DNA of 64,000 nucleotides from a virus. The position numbers and the translations under genes were made by a program. The DNA lies in IMG/VR virus record IMGVR_UViG_3300037011_001068, positions 1 through 64,000 of that record; one strand, 5' to 3'. Below, in pieces: positions 47,685 to 57,064 of the stretch; positions within the stretch are counted from its first letter, which is position 1; every line of letters starts with the position of its first letter. The notes beneath the pieces are model-generated. The model saw only the letters and a list, made by a program, of their open reading frames with translations, did no database searches and was not told the DNA's origin.

Positions 47685-48712
47685 GTCTTAGTATCAAAAA
47701 GGCTATACAGCGTGTGTATAAAGTTACTGGAAGCGTGAAAGAAAAAAGTTCCATGTTTCGATGTATGCGATTTCTTCCAGGTTCCGAGAAGAATCCTCCT
47801 TTTTTGTACGGGACAGATGGGTTGATTTTTTCGATTGTTGCCTTGGATAGGAATGTACCCCTTTTGCTTTTGGATGGTCATCTATTAGCGAAAGTGTCAA
47901 AAGATCCTGGAGAGCTAGAGCTTATTGAGACAGGGTATGGTCTTGTTCAGATCAAGAGCTCCACGGCAACGTATGCGCTTGAGAGCATCGATGAAAAGCG
48001 CTATCCTTTTTTTCCTTACTGGCCAGAGAGCGGGTTTGTTTTTATGGAAGCTTGGGATCTCGTTCGGAAAGTATTTTACGCTGCAGCAAAGGCAAAAGAG
48101 GCTTCCCACTTGGCGTTTGTGCATTTTGCTTCCCATTACGTGGAGGCGACAGATCAGGCACGTATCGCGCGGGTGGGTGTCGAATGGCCTTATTCAGGGG
48201 TGGTTCCCTCGGCGGTTTTTCGGTCTTTTCCCGAGGGCTTTGTTCAGGTGGCTTTCACGGAGGAACACGCTTTTTTTTCGGTGGGCGATGAAATGCGAAT
48301 CGCTCCATTATTTCGTGGATCTTTCGTGGTAACGGACAAGCTCTTACCAGCGAATCATGCGGGGGCAAGAGTGCTTCTTTCGACCTCGCAATTTCAGCAT
48401 GTGGTGAGCCAGGGGCAGTTGATTGCTGAGCGTGGTTTTATTCATCTTTACTTCAGTGCAGATTGTGTTAATGCAGAATGCTGGGGACGGGATATCGCAC
48501 GGAAGGTGTTCATCGGATCGCTCCCTGTTTTGCATGCGAAAGACGTGGGGCAGCCAGTGAAGATTCTCGTCGATGGGCGTTACCTGAAAGAGGCTTTGAG
48601 GCCTGTAGAGACTCCCAACGTTCAGATCTGTTTTTCGGAGGATCCTGTGATCCCTTTACGGATCGAGAGTGGTGCTTACGTGGCATGCGTTTGGCAAATG
48701 CTGGACCAGTGA
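47681..48712 (+). CDS. beta sliding-clamp-like protein
   Basis: 343 aa; GTDG, ATDQARIA, ILVDGRYLKEAL and PLRI motifs of DnaN-like clamps. Confidence 0.65.
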   Translation: MSLSIKKAIQRVYKVTGSVKEKSSMFRCMRFLPGSEKNPPFLYGTDGLIFSIVALDRNVPLLLLDGHLLAKVSKDPGELELIETGYGLVQIKSSTATYALESIDEKRYPFFPYWPESGFVFMEAWDLVRKVFYAAAKAKEASHLAFVHFASHYVEATDQARIARVGVEWPYSGVVPSAVFRSFPEGFVQVAFTEEHAFFSVGDEMRIAPLFRGSFVVTDKLLPANHAGARVLLSTSQFQHVVSQGQLIAERGFIHLYFSADCVNAECWGRDIARKVFIGSLPVLHAKDVGQPVKILVDGRYLKEALRPVETPNVQICFSEDPVIPLRIESGAYVACVWQMLDQ

Positions 48713-48726
48713 TTGGAGGCCTAGAA

Positions 48727-49830
48727 ATGGATGCAAAAGAGTTTTTTGGGGAGCTCACGGAATTTTCTAGACGAGTGTTTAAGAAGCTTCGCGTTGGAAA
48801 TCAGAGTCCGTGGGGAGGTGTGCCTATGAAAAATGGCGCACCTAAAGGGGTCATTCTACATGGAACCTCGGCGCCGGAGCCTTTGGGATCGATCGGTTGG
48901 TTCATGAAGCAGGAGCTTCGATCGAATGTTTCTGCTCATGTCGTGATCGGTCAGGATTGGCCGGCTGGCTATCAGGATCTTGCGAAAGATCTTCCTTTAA
49001 TTCATGAGTTGCCGGCCATGATTGTTGAGTGCATGCCGTGGAATCTTGTCGCGCAGCATGCTACCTGGACCAATGCTACCTGCTATGGCGTTGAGCTTGT
49101 GAGTCTCGGAGAAATCCGGAATTTTAGTGGGCAATGGCGCGATTGGCGCGCCAACTGGACGAAACCTTACCCGAGAGAAGATCCCCCGGTTTTTTCTTGC
49201 GGCCGCTATTGGGATCCTTACCCTTTGGGGCAATTTGAAACGACGGTTGCTTTGCTCCGGAACTTGCGAGAGCTTGCACCCTTGGAGGAAGTTTGGGTTC
49301 TCGGTCATGAGCAGGTGCAGGGGGTTTCTACTAACGTGGCTCTTGGGCGGGATAAACGCGATCCAGGGCCCCACTTTAATCTTGCGCTTTTGCGGGGGGC
49401 GGTATTTCACGGCGTTTCTGGAAATCTGGATGACTCGAGCGTGAGCACTCCTTATTTCAGTAGCATGGATAGATATAGGAATCATACGGTATGCTCTTGG
49501 GCGAGAACATATTGGCAGGCGCAGGTAGCAGCGGGAGAGGCATTCGATGGTTTTGTCGAAAGGTGCTGGTGGGAGCTGGAAAGGGAACTTTGGCAACCTG
49601 ATTTTGTGAAAGGTAAACTGTCGTTCACCCCGCTTGGAAGGGTGGCTCTCTCTCTTCTTGGTTATCATGTATATTCGATTCCCGTGCTTGATATGCAGCC
49701 AGAGGATTTAGAATCGGTGCGGATTTTTCAGCGGATGGCTGGATGTACCGTCGATGGGGATCCGGGTTCAGAGACCCGGGAGGCGCTCTTGAGCAGGCTC
49801 CTTGATCGTGGCTGCATCGATCGCAGTTGA
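48727..49830 (+). CDS. N-acetylmuramoyl-L-alanine amidase (endolysin) with C-terminal peptidoglycan-binding domain
   Basis: VILHGT, VSAHVVIG, AQHA, GVEL, LGHE, KRDPG; VRIFQ..AG.TVDG.PG.ET. Confidence 0.85.
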   Translation: MDAKEFFGELTEFSRRVFKKLRVGNQSPWGGVPMKNGAPKGVILHGTSAPEPLGSIGWFMKQELRSNVSAHVVIGQDWPAGYQDLAKDLPLIHELPAMIVECMPWNLVAQHATWTNATCYGVELVSLGEIRNFSGQWRDWRANWTKPYPREDPPVFSCGRYWDPYPLGQFETTVALLRNLRELAPLEEVWVLGHEQVQGVSTNVALGRDKRDPGPHFNLALLRGAVFHGVSGNLDDSSVSTPYFSSMDRYRNHTVCSWARTYWQAQVAAGEAFDGFVERCWWELERELWQPDFVKGKLSFTPLGRVALSLLGYHVYSIPVLDMQPEDLESVRIFQRMAGCTVDGDPGSETREALLSRLLDRGCIDRS

Positions 49831-49897
49831 CGAAAAGCTTTCTTCTTTTCAGTACATAAAGAAAAAAAGATTTCTTGATTTCAATGCTTCTTTTTTC

Positions 49898-49926
49898 TTG
49901 ACATAGGAGGCAATTTGCCTCATACT
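49898..49926 (+). promoter_or_regulatory. sigma70-type promoter with spacer operator palindrome
   Basis: TTGACA-N17-CATACT; GAGGCAATTTGCCTC at 49907-49921; A/T-rich upstream element. Confidence 0.8.
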
Positions 49927-49969
49927 GAGATCAAGATCGGAAACAGGGTAAAAACCAAAGGAGAAGAAA

Positions 49970-50365
49970 ATGACGAAGTTCAGTTTGACGTTCAGTATTT
50001 CAGGAATTCCGGCAATCTTTCGGGTGTTGAATCACACATCGCAGAAGGACAAGATCGTGGTCAAGGTTGAGAAGGATCTGGCCATGTATACCCTCGTTAA
50101 GGGTGTCCTTGCGGAAGCGGGGGCCAACTCCATGGCGAGTTGGGAAGGAACCCACTTTTTCATCGTGGAGTACATCCGGGCGGAGTTCTTCCAGGCAATG
50201 GGTCAGATTCAGGAGCGTATGACCCAGCGGGAGGGGTCCCAGGAGCCTCAGGAGACTGAGAAGAAGCCCCAGGAGGCTGGAGAGACCTCGGAAGAGGAGC
50301 CTCAGGAGGCTAGTGGGGTGTCGGCAGAGGAGCCTCTCCTTCTTTCCCCGCCGGGCGATTGCTGA
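49970..50365 (+). CDS. hypothetical early protein with acidic tail
   Basis: AAGGAG SD; first gene after the promoter. Confidence 0.65.
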   Translation: MTKFSLTFSISGIPAIFRVLNHTSQKDKIVVKVEKDLAMYTLVKGVLAEAGANSMASWEGTHFFIVEYIRAEFFQAMGQIQERMTQREGSQEPQETEKKPQEAGETSEEEPQEASGVSAEEPLLLSPPGDC

Positions 50366-50421
50366 AGGGGATGGTAGGGGGGGGTTGGGCCCAAGGGGGC
50401 CTTTTTTGATCGGAGGATATC

Positions 50422-50646
50422 GTGACTTTACGAGAGGCTCTTGAAATGCCAGGAATAGCGGTTCATACCTCGGGGAGGTATCTTTTGGACCGGCAGATTA
50501 TCCCTCGGAGGTACATTTTCCTCGATTACATCGATCCCGAGGGGCCGGGGGGTTGGAGCAGCGCAGAGAATTTCGTCGGGGTTCGTTTCGCGTCAGCTCC
50601 CCCGGAGTTTCCGGAGGAGGACTGGATTCCGATTGATGAGTCATGA
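50422..50646 (+). CDS. hypothetical protein
   Basis: GGAGG SD. Confidence 0.55.
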   Translation: MTLREALEMPGIAVHTSGRYLLDRQIIPRRYIFLDYIDPEGPGGWSSAENFVGVRFASAPPEFPEEDWIPIDES

Positions 50647-50667
50647 CATAAGGGGGATGGAGGCATT

Positions 50668-51627
50668 ATGCTGCGATTAGATCAAGACAAGGTTCGGGGG
50701 GTGGTGTTCGGGGTGGCAGTGGGGGATGCAATCGGATACCCTGTTGAGTTTCTTTCCAGAGATCAAATCCGAGAGGTTTGTGGGGGTTCGCTTCAGGGAT
50801 ACCTTCGTCTGGTGGATGGGGTGGCGGAGTATTCCGACGACACTCAGATGTTTTTGGCTGTTCTCCGAGGCCTTCTGAGGGCTATTGGGGGCAAGCTCTC
50901 GGTGGATTGGGATAGCATCCACCTGGCGGTGGCTGAGGAGCTTATTGCTTGGGGGAAATCTTCAGAGAATAACCGGGCTCCAGGAGCGGCGTGCATGTTC
51001 GGGGTCCATAACCTAGCCACGGGGGTTCATTGGAGGGAGGCTGGGAAGGTGCATGCTGGTGGGTGCGGGGCAGCCATGCGCTCCATGGCCTACGCTCTGG
51101 TATTTGATGTTCAGGCGGCCTGGGAGACCGCCAGGGCGCATGCAGCCATGACCCATAGGTCTCCTTCAGGGGAAGCCTCTTCGGCAGCGGTAGCAGCTAT
51201 CACAGGGCTTCTCCTGCGGGGCAAGAAACCTACGGACGCCTGTCTTCAGGGTCATATTATTGCGCGGCGCATTGATCCTTTGACCGGGCAGCTCATCTGG
51301 GAGGCGATCGAGGCATCGCAGGAGATTCTTGAGGGGTCCTTATCGGGGGTGGGCCCTCGGATGGTGGAGCTCCTGGACAAATGGCGGGGCTGGACGGGCC
51401 ATGAGGCGGTGGCCGCCTCGGTTCTGTGCTTCTTGGTTTCTCGGTCTTACCGCGAGGCTGTTCTGTGGGCGGTGAACAGCTCCGGGGATTCGGATTCTCT
51501 GGGGGCCATAACGGGGGCTTTCGCGGGGGCCCATTGGGGCTTTGCTTCTATCCCGCATGCTTGGGTGGGTAGGATCGAGAATCGATTAGGGTTAGAGAAG
51601 ATAGTGGAGTCCGCTTGTGAGGGGTGA
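50668..51627 (+). CDS. ADP-ribosylglycohydrolase (DraG/ARH family)
   Basis: GVAVGDAIG, YSDDTQM, GCGAAMR, TH, GDSDSLGAITGA..GA. Confidence 0.92.
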   Translation: MLRLDQDKVRGVVFGVAVGDAIGYPVEFLSRDQIREVCGGSLQGYLRLVDGVAEYSDDTQMFLAVLRGLLRAIGGKLSVDWDSIHLAVAEELIAWGKSSENNRAPGAACMFGVHNLATGVHWREAGKVHAGGCGAAMRSMAYALVFDVQAAWETARAHAAMTHRSPSGEASSAAVAAITGLLLRGKKPTDACLQGHIIARRIDPLTGQLIWEAIEASQEILEGSLSGVGPRMVELLDKWRGWTGHEAVAASVLCFLVSRSYREAVLWAVNSSGDSDSLGAITGAFAGAHWGFASIPHAWVGRIENRLGLEKIVESACEG

Positions 51628-52493
51628 CCCTTCTCCTTTTAAATCTTTCCAGAAAGTCCAGAAATACGTTAAATAGGGGTATGGATGTGCTGTGCAAGCA
51701 TTGCGGTAGGCGCGGTATTTTCATTTACTCCACGAGGTTTGGAGGATCTTTTCACCAGGAATGCTGGGAGGAACTTTTGGAAAATTGGAGGCGTGGGGAG
51801 AAAGTCAAAGAGGAGTGGGGGAAAGTGGTTAGGCGTCCAGTCTTGCGGCGGACGCCTGTGGAGAGGTGATTGTGGTTAAGGTGCATCCCGAAAAATTTCG
51901 AGTGTCTGTTTATACGGACGGGCATTTTTTTTATTTTTACGAGAGCTCTTTTACATCTGGCTCTGAAGGTTTTCTCGCTCCTTCGGTTGTGCAGCTCGCG
52001 CAATCGATGCGGGTGGAGGGCCTGGATTTAAAGCAGGTGGTGGTGCTCAAGAACAACAGGACGGCGGTTTCATTTTTTTCCTGGTTAGCTGGATTATTGG
52101 AAGAGGCGCTGGGGATTAGCGTTCTTCCGATGCTTGATTCGGGGAGTGCTGATGAACGGTGTAATTGCCCCCAATGCCAAGCGCATTTTGCATCTATGAT
52201 GCGTGGCGTGGGGAATGGCGTAGTGCAGTGAGTGGAGAGTGGATATGCGGGTGGCTGCTCGGAGGGTGCTTATGGGAGAGCTTGAGATAATCGAGATGTC
52301 GGGTCTTCAGGGTGAGCTCATCATGCATGCGTGGGTGGATGATGTGATCTCGCTAGAAGCATGCATCAAGGCGGCCCTCAATAATACACGTCCGAATGGG
52401 CATTTTCGCGTGTTGCTGGATGGGCGAGAGATTACGCAAGATGAGTACGCTCAGTGGCTTTTCCGAGATAGCGCAATGCCTGTTTCCTTTTGA
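51624..52493 (+). CDS. three coupled small hypothetical genes (51624-51869, 51866-52231, 52239-52493)
   Basis: GTGA couplings; CxxC motifs in the first two. Confidence 0.5.
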
Positions 52494-52586
52494 GGTTTTC
52501 CGACCCGAGGCGGAACCTTCGGGGTGCTCTTTAAAAATGCTCCATGTTGCACAATCAGCCGTGGCCCCGGGTGACGGGGCATTTGT

Positions 52587-52663
52587 GGGCATGGCTGGCG
52601 CGGCTGACAGGACGGGGAGTGCCCCCTTAATGCAGCCGGAGGGTTCGATTCCCCCCTTGCCCA
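52587..52663 (+). ncRNA. tRNA-like RNA lacking a D-stem and a canonical anticodon arm
   Basis: Acceptor GGGCATG/CTTGCCC-A; T-arm GAGGG-TTCGATT-CCCCC; central GGCTG(A)CA/TGCAGCC helix. Confidence 0.55.
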
Positions 52664-52695
52664 CTGTTGATCCAGAAATTTGAAGGAGGTAGCAA

Positions 52696-52818
52696 ATGAC
52701 CAAGGATAGCAGGGATTCTGAGATACGTTGCTCCGGATGCTATAGCGTTCTTCAGATTGTGCGGGTGGTTTCAGGCGTATCAATTATTCAGCCATGCCCT
52801 GTTTGCTGGGAGAGGTAA
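52696..52818 (+). CDS. 40-aa zinc-finger peptide (not in the ORF track)
   Basis: AAGGAGGT SD; CSGC...CPVC. Confidence 0.6.
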   Translation: MTKDSRDSEIRCSGCYSVLQIVRVVSGVSIIQPCPVCWER

Positions 52819-52824
52819 TCATGC

Positions 52825-53677
52825 ATGGCAGCCGAGGCGCTTGAAAAAATAGATGCTTCTTTGCGAGTGCTTGAAGAGTGCGTGATTTATCGTTGGGCTG
52901 AGATAGAAGGGCTTATCATAGAGGATCTAAGGCGCCAGGGGCTCTCTCTGCTACCTGGCTCGTTTTTTATCATGCAGGGATACCAGCAGATTATGGCGAT
53001 GGTGGCTCCTACGGATCAGCTTAAGGTTAAGGCTATAGATCGGATGCAGGGTATGAGTGTGATTGCAAGTCCAGAAATTGGGTTGGAGGCTTTGCATGCG
53101 GAGCAGGCAACTCCGTTGACGGCAGAAGAGCTGGCGGATGGTCGAAGTGAGGATGAAATGAAGCGTGTAGAAGAGCTGGCGAATTTATTCTGGGATCCAG
53201 AAATGAAGGGAGGAGGCTCCTTTGAAAAATCGTAGTCAGGAGGCTTGTGAAGTATGTGGAATCGATCTTTTGTCGAATGAAAAAAAGAAGTGCTGCATGT
53301 GCCGGCGTGGAGACTCCTACCCACCCGTCATAAAGCCGCTAGTGAATGTTACAGGGCATTTTTCCCTGCAATTTGAGCTACAGGTGCCTGATGGTGTGGA
53401 CGATGAGACGATCCAGCAAATCATCGAAGCGCGTCTCTGCGAGGAGTGGGTGGAATTGCCGAGGGGTGGCGCTTTTGGTTCAGCGAGGCTCCATGTTTTT
53501 CGGCAGGATCCATTTTTGCTGGTGTTGGGTGAGGATGGACGGATGGAGAAGCCGAAAATATGGGAGGATTGCCGATATAGCCGAGCGGTGAAGCGGGCGG
53601 TAGCGCTCTACATGTGGGGGCCTACGTCAGAGGGGATATCGGCGTCTGGAGATCAATCCAGCAATTTGGAAAAATAG
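52825..53677 (+). CDS. two hypothetical genes (52825-53235, 53222-53677)
   Basis: SDs present; the second has CxxC...CxxC. Confidence 0.5.
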
Positions 53678-53719
53678 GATTGGTTGAGTGGAAAGTAATT
53701 TCTGGATCGAGGTTGTAGG

Positions 53720-54033
53720 ATGAGCATATCGGCAGTAACAGAAGAGCAGAATGTCGATGAGCTCCTGGAGGTGCTCGAGGCTTCGGAGTCGGAAGGGGTG
53801 GAGACGCCAGAGGAGACGGTGTTTCGGTTTGAGGTGCAGGAGATTGTGCGGAGGGCTATTTTGGATTTGGATTTTCGATCTTGGTACGTGATCGTTAGGA
53901 GGTTTGGAATGTACGGGATGAGGGAGAAGCTCTTGATGTGCAGAAGGCGCGGGTAGCGCAGATCGAAGTCAAAGCATTCCGGTTTCTTAGGTGTCCACAA
54001 CGATCGCGCCCTCTCAGGTGTGTTTTTGAGTAG
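53720..54033 (+). pseudogene. stand-alone RpoD (sigma70) region-4 homologue broken by a frameshifting deletion
   Basis: Frame 1 TPEE...VIVRRFG; other frame GEALDVQKARVAQIEVKAFRFLRCPQRSRPLR matches RpoD [25 protein letters not shown]. Confidence 0.75.
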
Positions 54034-54059
54034 TCCAGCAATTCAGAAAGGGGCAGTAC

Positions 54060-54329
54060 ATGGAGTTTATTCGTTGTTTTAGGGTAGTTCCTTGAGGGCT
54101 CGAGCCGTTCGAGGCTGTGGAGGAGGATGCGGAATTCGGCTGTGAGGGGGTGATCGATGATGGGGCTCCTGCGGATCTGATAATTCTTGAACGACCCGTT
54201 AATGGGAATATTTGGGAAGAGATATCGAGGAAGGAATTTCTGAATCCGAAAGAGGCCAGCTATTTTTTAATAGAGCTCGTTGCTGGCAAGCGCCTTTGGG
54301 AAGATCAATCCAGCAATTTGAAAAAATAG
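54060..54329 (+). pseudogene. hypothetical gene with in-frame TGA at 54093-54095
   Basis: SD and ATG 54060 in frame with track ORF 54117-54329. Confidence 0.45.
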
Positions 54330-54338
54330 GAGGTAGCC

Positions 54339-54533
54339 ATGCCGGAAGTAGTGGAAGAGGTGGATTATCTGGATGCGTGCGAGAGCTATCTTGGATGGTG
54401 CAAGGTATGCAAGGCCTTTACACGCTACAATACCGAGCCGGACGCGGGGGATTACGATTGCGAGAAGTGTGGGAACACGGATTCGGTGATCGGGGCTGAG
54501 CAGGCGCTTATCACGGAAGAAATCATTTTTTAG
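54339..54533 (+). CDS. small zinc-ribbon protein
   Basis: AGGAGGT SD; GWCKVC...EPDA..Y.CEKCG. Confidence 0.7.
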   Translation: MPEVVEEVDYLDACESYLGWCKVCKAFTRYNTEPDAGDYDCEKCGNTDSVIGAEQALITEEIIF

Positions 54534-54561
54534 TCCAGCAATTTTTACCTAGGAGGCGATT

Positions 54562-54897
54562 ATGGAAGAGCGGAAAAAGGGTTCGTTGACTGAAGCTGGG
54601 GTTTTTCGGATTTTGCGGGATAAGGGTTTGTTGGTTGAAGCCAAAGATTCGCGGATTCCATGGGACGGGGAACTATTGATTGAAGCCAAAGCTGCTTGGA
54701 TTTTGCATGACAGGGATGTTTTAAATTGGCGGGGCAAGCTTGCGCGGAGGCTGCAGTATTTTTTAAAGGAAAATGCCGGGGTGAAAATCAGCTACCGCAT
54801 GGCGGTGCAAGCGCTAGGATCTGTCTTTGGGCTGGACCAGTATTTAAGGAAGGCGATTATTGATCGTCTTCACGAGGCTAAGAAATCCAGCAATTAG
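54562..54897 (+). CDS. hypothetical protein
   Basis: AGGAGG SD. Confidence 0.6.
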   Translation: MEERKKGSLTEAGVFRILRDKGLLVEAKDSRIPWDGELLIEAKAAWILHDRDVLNWRGKLARRLQYFLKENAGVKISYRMAVQALGSVFGLDQYLRKAIIDRLHEAKKSSN

Positions 54898-54914
54898 TTT
54901 CGTGGGAGGTTTTT

Positions 54915-55139
54915 ATGAAAAGCAGTAGGGTTCAGGATGTGGAGCCAATAGCATGTGATTGGTGCCGTTGGGTAGAGTGATTATCGGGCGGGAAGAATTG
55001 TTGCGAGAAGGTGGAGGGGTGTTGGCTTGAGGATGCTCCCCCACCTTGTGGAGGCAGGTATTTTGATAGCTCCGGAATGTGGGATGATTTACGAAGTTCA
55101 GGGTACATGCGGGATCTTTTATCTCGGATTTTTCGCTAG
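54915..55139 (+). pseudogene. Cys-rich small gene with in-frame TGA at 54978-54980 (paralogue of 58208-58399)
   Basis: GGAGG SD; CDWC...*...CC...PPPCGG versus CLTC...C...PPPCGG. Confidence 0.6.
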
Positions 55140-55207
55140 AGAAAAAGAATCCAGCAATTGAATTTTCTAAATCAGGAGTGTGGTCGAATTTTCGATCGGA
55201 AGGTGCG

Positions 55208-55648
55208 ATGCATATCATTGAAAATCCACTAGATGGAAGCGCGGAAATCAAGTTTTTAAGAGCAGAAAATGGTGCCCCAATTACGGATGTTCGCTGTCCG
55301 GTCGGGTGTGGGGATTGCTGCAAGTATTGGGTTGCAATTAAGGAGCTCCAACATTTTGTGGTGGGGGTGTCCATCCGAAAAAATAAATGCCCCGCACTCC
55401 GAAAGTACGGGTGCAGGTTGAAGCGCTCGAAAATGCCACCGGTGTGCCGAGGATACCTCTGTGAGCTCGGGATGCTCGCGTATATGGGGCTTGTGAATCA
55501 AGAGGAGATTTCTCAGACGGTGGCGGCGCATGCTCAGAACAGAGCTGCTCAAGAGCTTAAGAAGGTATTTCCTGTGGAAATGCGGGATATCGCGCGGGGG
55601 GCAATTAGTTTAGATGAGTTACGATCAAAAATACGAGAATATCGGTGA
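55208..55648 (+). CDS. YkgJ-like CxxCxxCC metal/Fe-S cluster protein
   Basis: CPVGCGDCC...CPAL...GC....PPVCRGYLC. Confidence 0.7.
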   Translation: MHIIENPLDGSAEIKFLRAENGAPITDVRCPVGCGDCCKYWVAIKELQHFVVGVSIRKNKCPALRKYGCRLKRSKMPPVCRGYLCELGMLAYMGLVNQEEISQTVAAHAQNRAAQELKKVFPVEMRDIARGAISLDELRSKIREYR

Positions 55649-55881
55649 GGGAGGAGTGTGCTGTGGAAGAAAGAAATCCAGAAATTGAGGTAGCGACCGA
55701 AGGGAAGAAGCTGCGGACATGCTTTTTGTGCAAGGTGGAAAAGCCTCTCGCTGAATATTATTCCCGCGCGGGGGCGCGGTACGCTTACAGCGTGTGGTGT
55801 AAGAGCTGCAGGCGCGTGAAGGCAGTAGAGTGCGTGAGGCATTTGCGGTTGACCAAAGAGGAGGTGCTCGAATGGACGTGA
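55645..55881 (+). CDS. zinc-finger protein (HNH/endonuclease VII N-terminal-like)
   Basis: CFLCKVEKPL.EYY......WCKSC. Confidence 0.6.
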   Translation: MREECAVEERNPEIEVATEGKKLRTCFLCKVEKPLAEYYSRAGARYAYSVWCKSCRRVKAVECVRHLRLTKEEVLEWT

Positions 55882-56611
55882 CTTCAGAGATGCGATGGCG
55901 GCCGATGAGTAAAGCCCCCCGGTCATGCATCTTGCTCGGGTGGGATGGGCTCGTGACGGAAGGGATCCGGGGTGAGGACGGGCGGTGGTGCGTTCGAGGC
56001 GCGTATTTTCCGGAGCAAGAATTTCGGGCTTGGCTGCCTTTCCCAGAGGTCTTTCCTTTTTTTCCATGGGAGCCGGCGCTTGGCATTCAGAAGAGCTCCG
56101 AGCAGCCTGTTTTTATCTCTCTCATCATCGAGGCGTTCTCCCGAGAGCTCCAGGTGCGCTTCAGCGGGAGGGTCCTTGGGATGGTCGTGGAGGAGAGCCT
56201 CTGGGAGAAGCTCCGAGCGGAAATACCAGTGGCTTGCTTGGGGGTGGAGACCCGGGTGAGTATTCGTTCGCCGGTCTCTCTTCTAGAGCTTTCTGGGGTC
56301 CTGATCAATACTGAGGTGGGCCCGGTGCGGGTCGTTCGGGAAAGCGAGGGGAGGTGGCCATGAGGTTCACGATTGATGTGGTGGCGAAGTGCTCAGCGTG
56401 CGGGGGGCTCATGGAGGTTCGGGACATGCAGCCGGATATTCAGGGGTGCGCGGTGTTCACGGTGGACAATTGCCAGGTGTGCCGAATCGCGCTGGAAAAA
56501 GAGACACGCGAAGGTGTTATCCAGAAATTTTTTGGTCGTAGGTCTAAGGCTTTGACTAAGGTCTCAACGAAATGCGGTAAGAAGCGGGGAACCAAGCGAG
56601 CGAAAGGATAA
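55872..56611 (+). CDS. two hypothetical genes (55872-56363 with a DUF551-like WRPM...AWLPFPE N-terminus; 56360-56611 CxxC protein)
   Basis: Coupled starts and stops. Confidence 0.5.
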
Positions 56612-56615
56612 TTTC

Positions 56616-57064
56616 ATGGGTGAAAAATTGGGTCCTGGTCCGACAGGTGATTTTTCGGACGGTAAATTACAGGAGGGTGACGAGGGTGGGATTAACCTGA
56701 CGATTGCTGCTTGCAAAGGCAGGGTGCTTCTCGAGTTTGGATGCTCGGTGCAGTGGCTTGGATTTGAGGTACATCAAGCAAGAGAGGTTGCTGAAGCGCT
56801 CTTGAAGCAAGCGGCGAATGCAGAGGATCAGTTGCGGGTGGAGGTGCAACAATGCTTGAGAAATTAGATGATCAATCCTCTTTCCTTATGGGGGTAAATT
56901 TGCAGGAGGGGAAAATTTGCCTCGATTTTGGGAAGCTTGTTCAGTGCATCGGATTTTATCCAGATCAGGCGGTAGCATTGGCGGATGCGCTGCTTGAAAA
57001 GGTGCAGAAAATAAGGGAATTTGAATGCCCTTCAGTGGAGCAGAAAGGCGGGTTGCTGTCATGA
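56616..57064 (+). CDS. tandem paralogous small proteins (56616-56867, 56852-57064)
   Basis: Shared G.(V/I).L.FG..VQ..GF...QA...A.ALL. Confidence 0.6.

Noticed and set aside
48478-48726. N-terminal extension of the amidase (similar over-extensions at 89, 32826, 34400, 41526, 44862 and 45353)
   Set aside because: They overlap upstream genes; downstream starts fit SD positions and domain boundaries better
50367-50407. G-run cluster and short GGCCC/GGGCC hairpin with T6
   Set aside because: The stem is only 5 bp; could be a weak terminator or G4 but is too weak to call
52587-52663. Canonical tRNA gene
   Set aside because: No D-stem or 7-nt anticodon loop; kept only as a tRNA-like element
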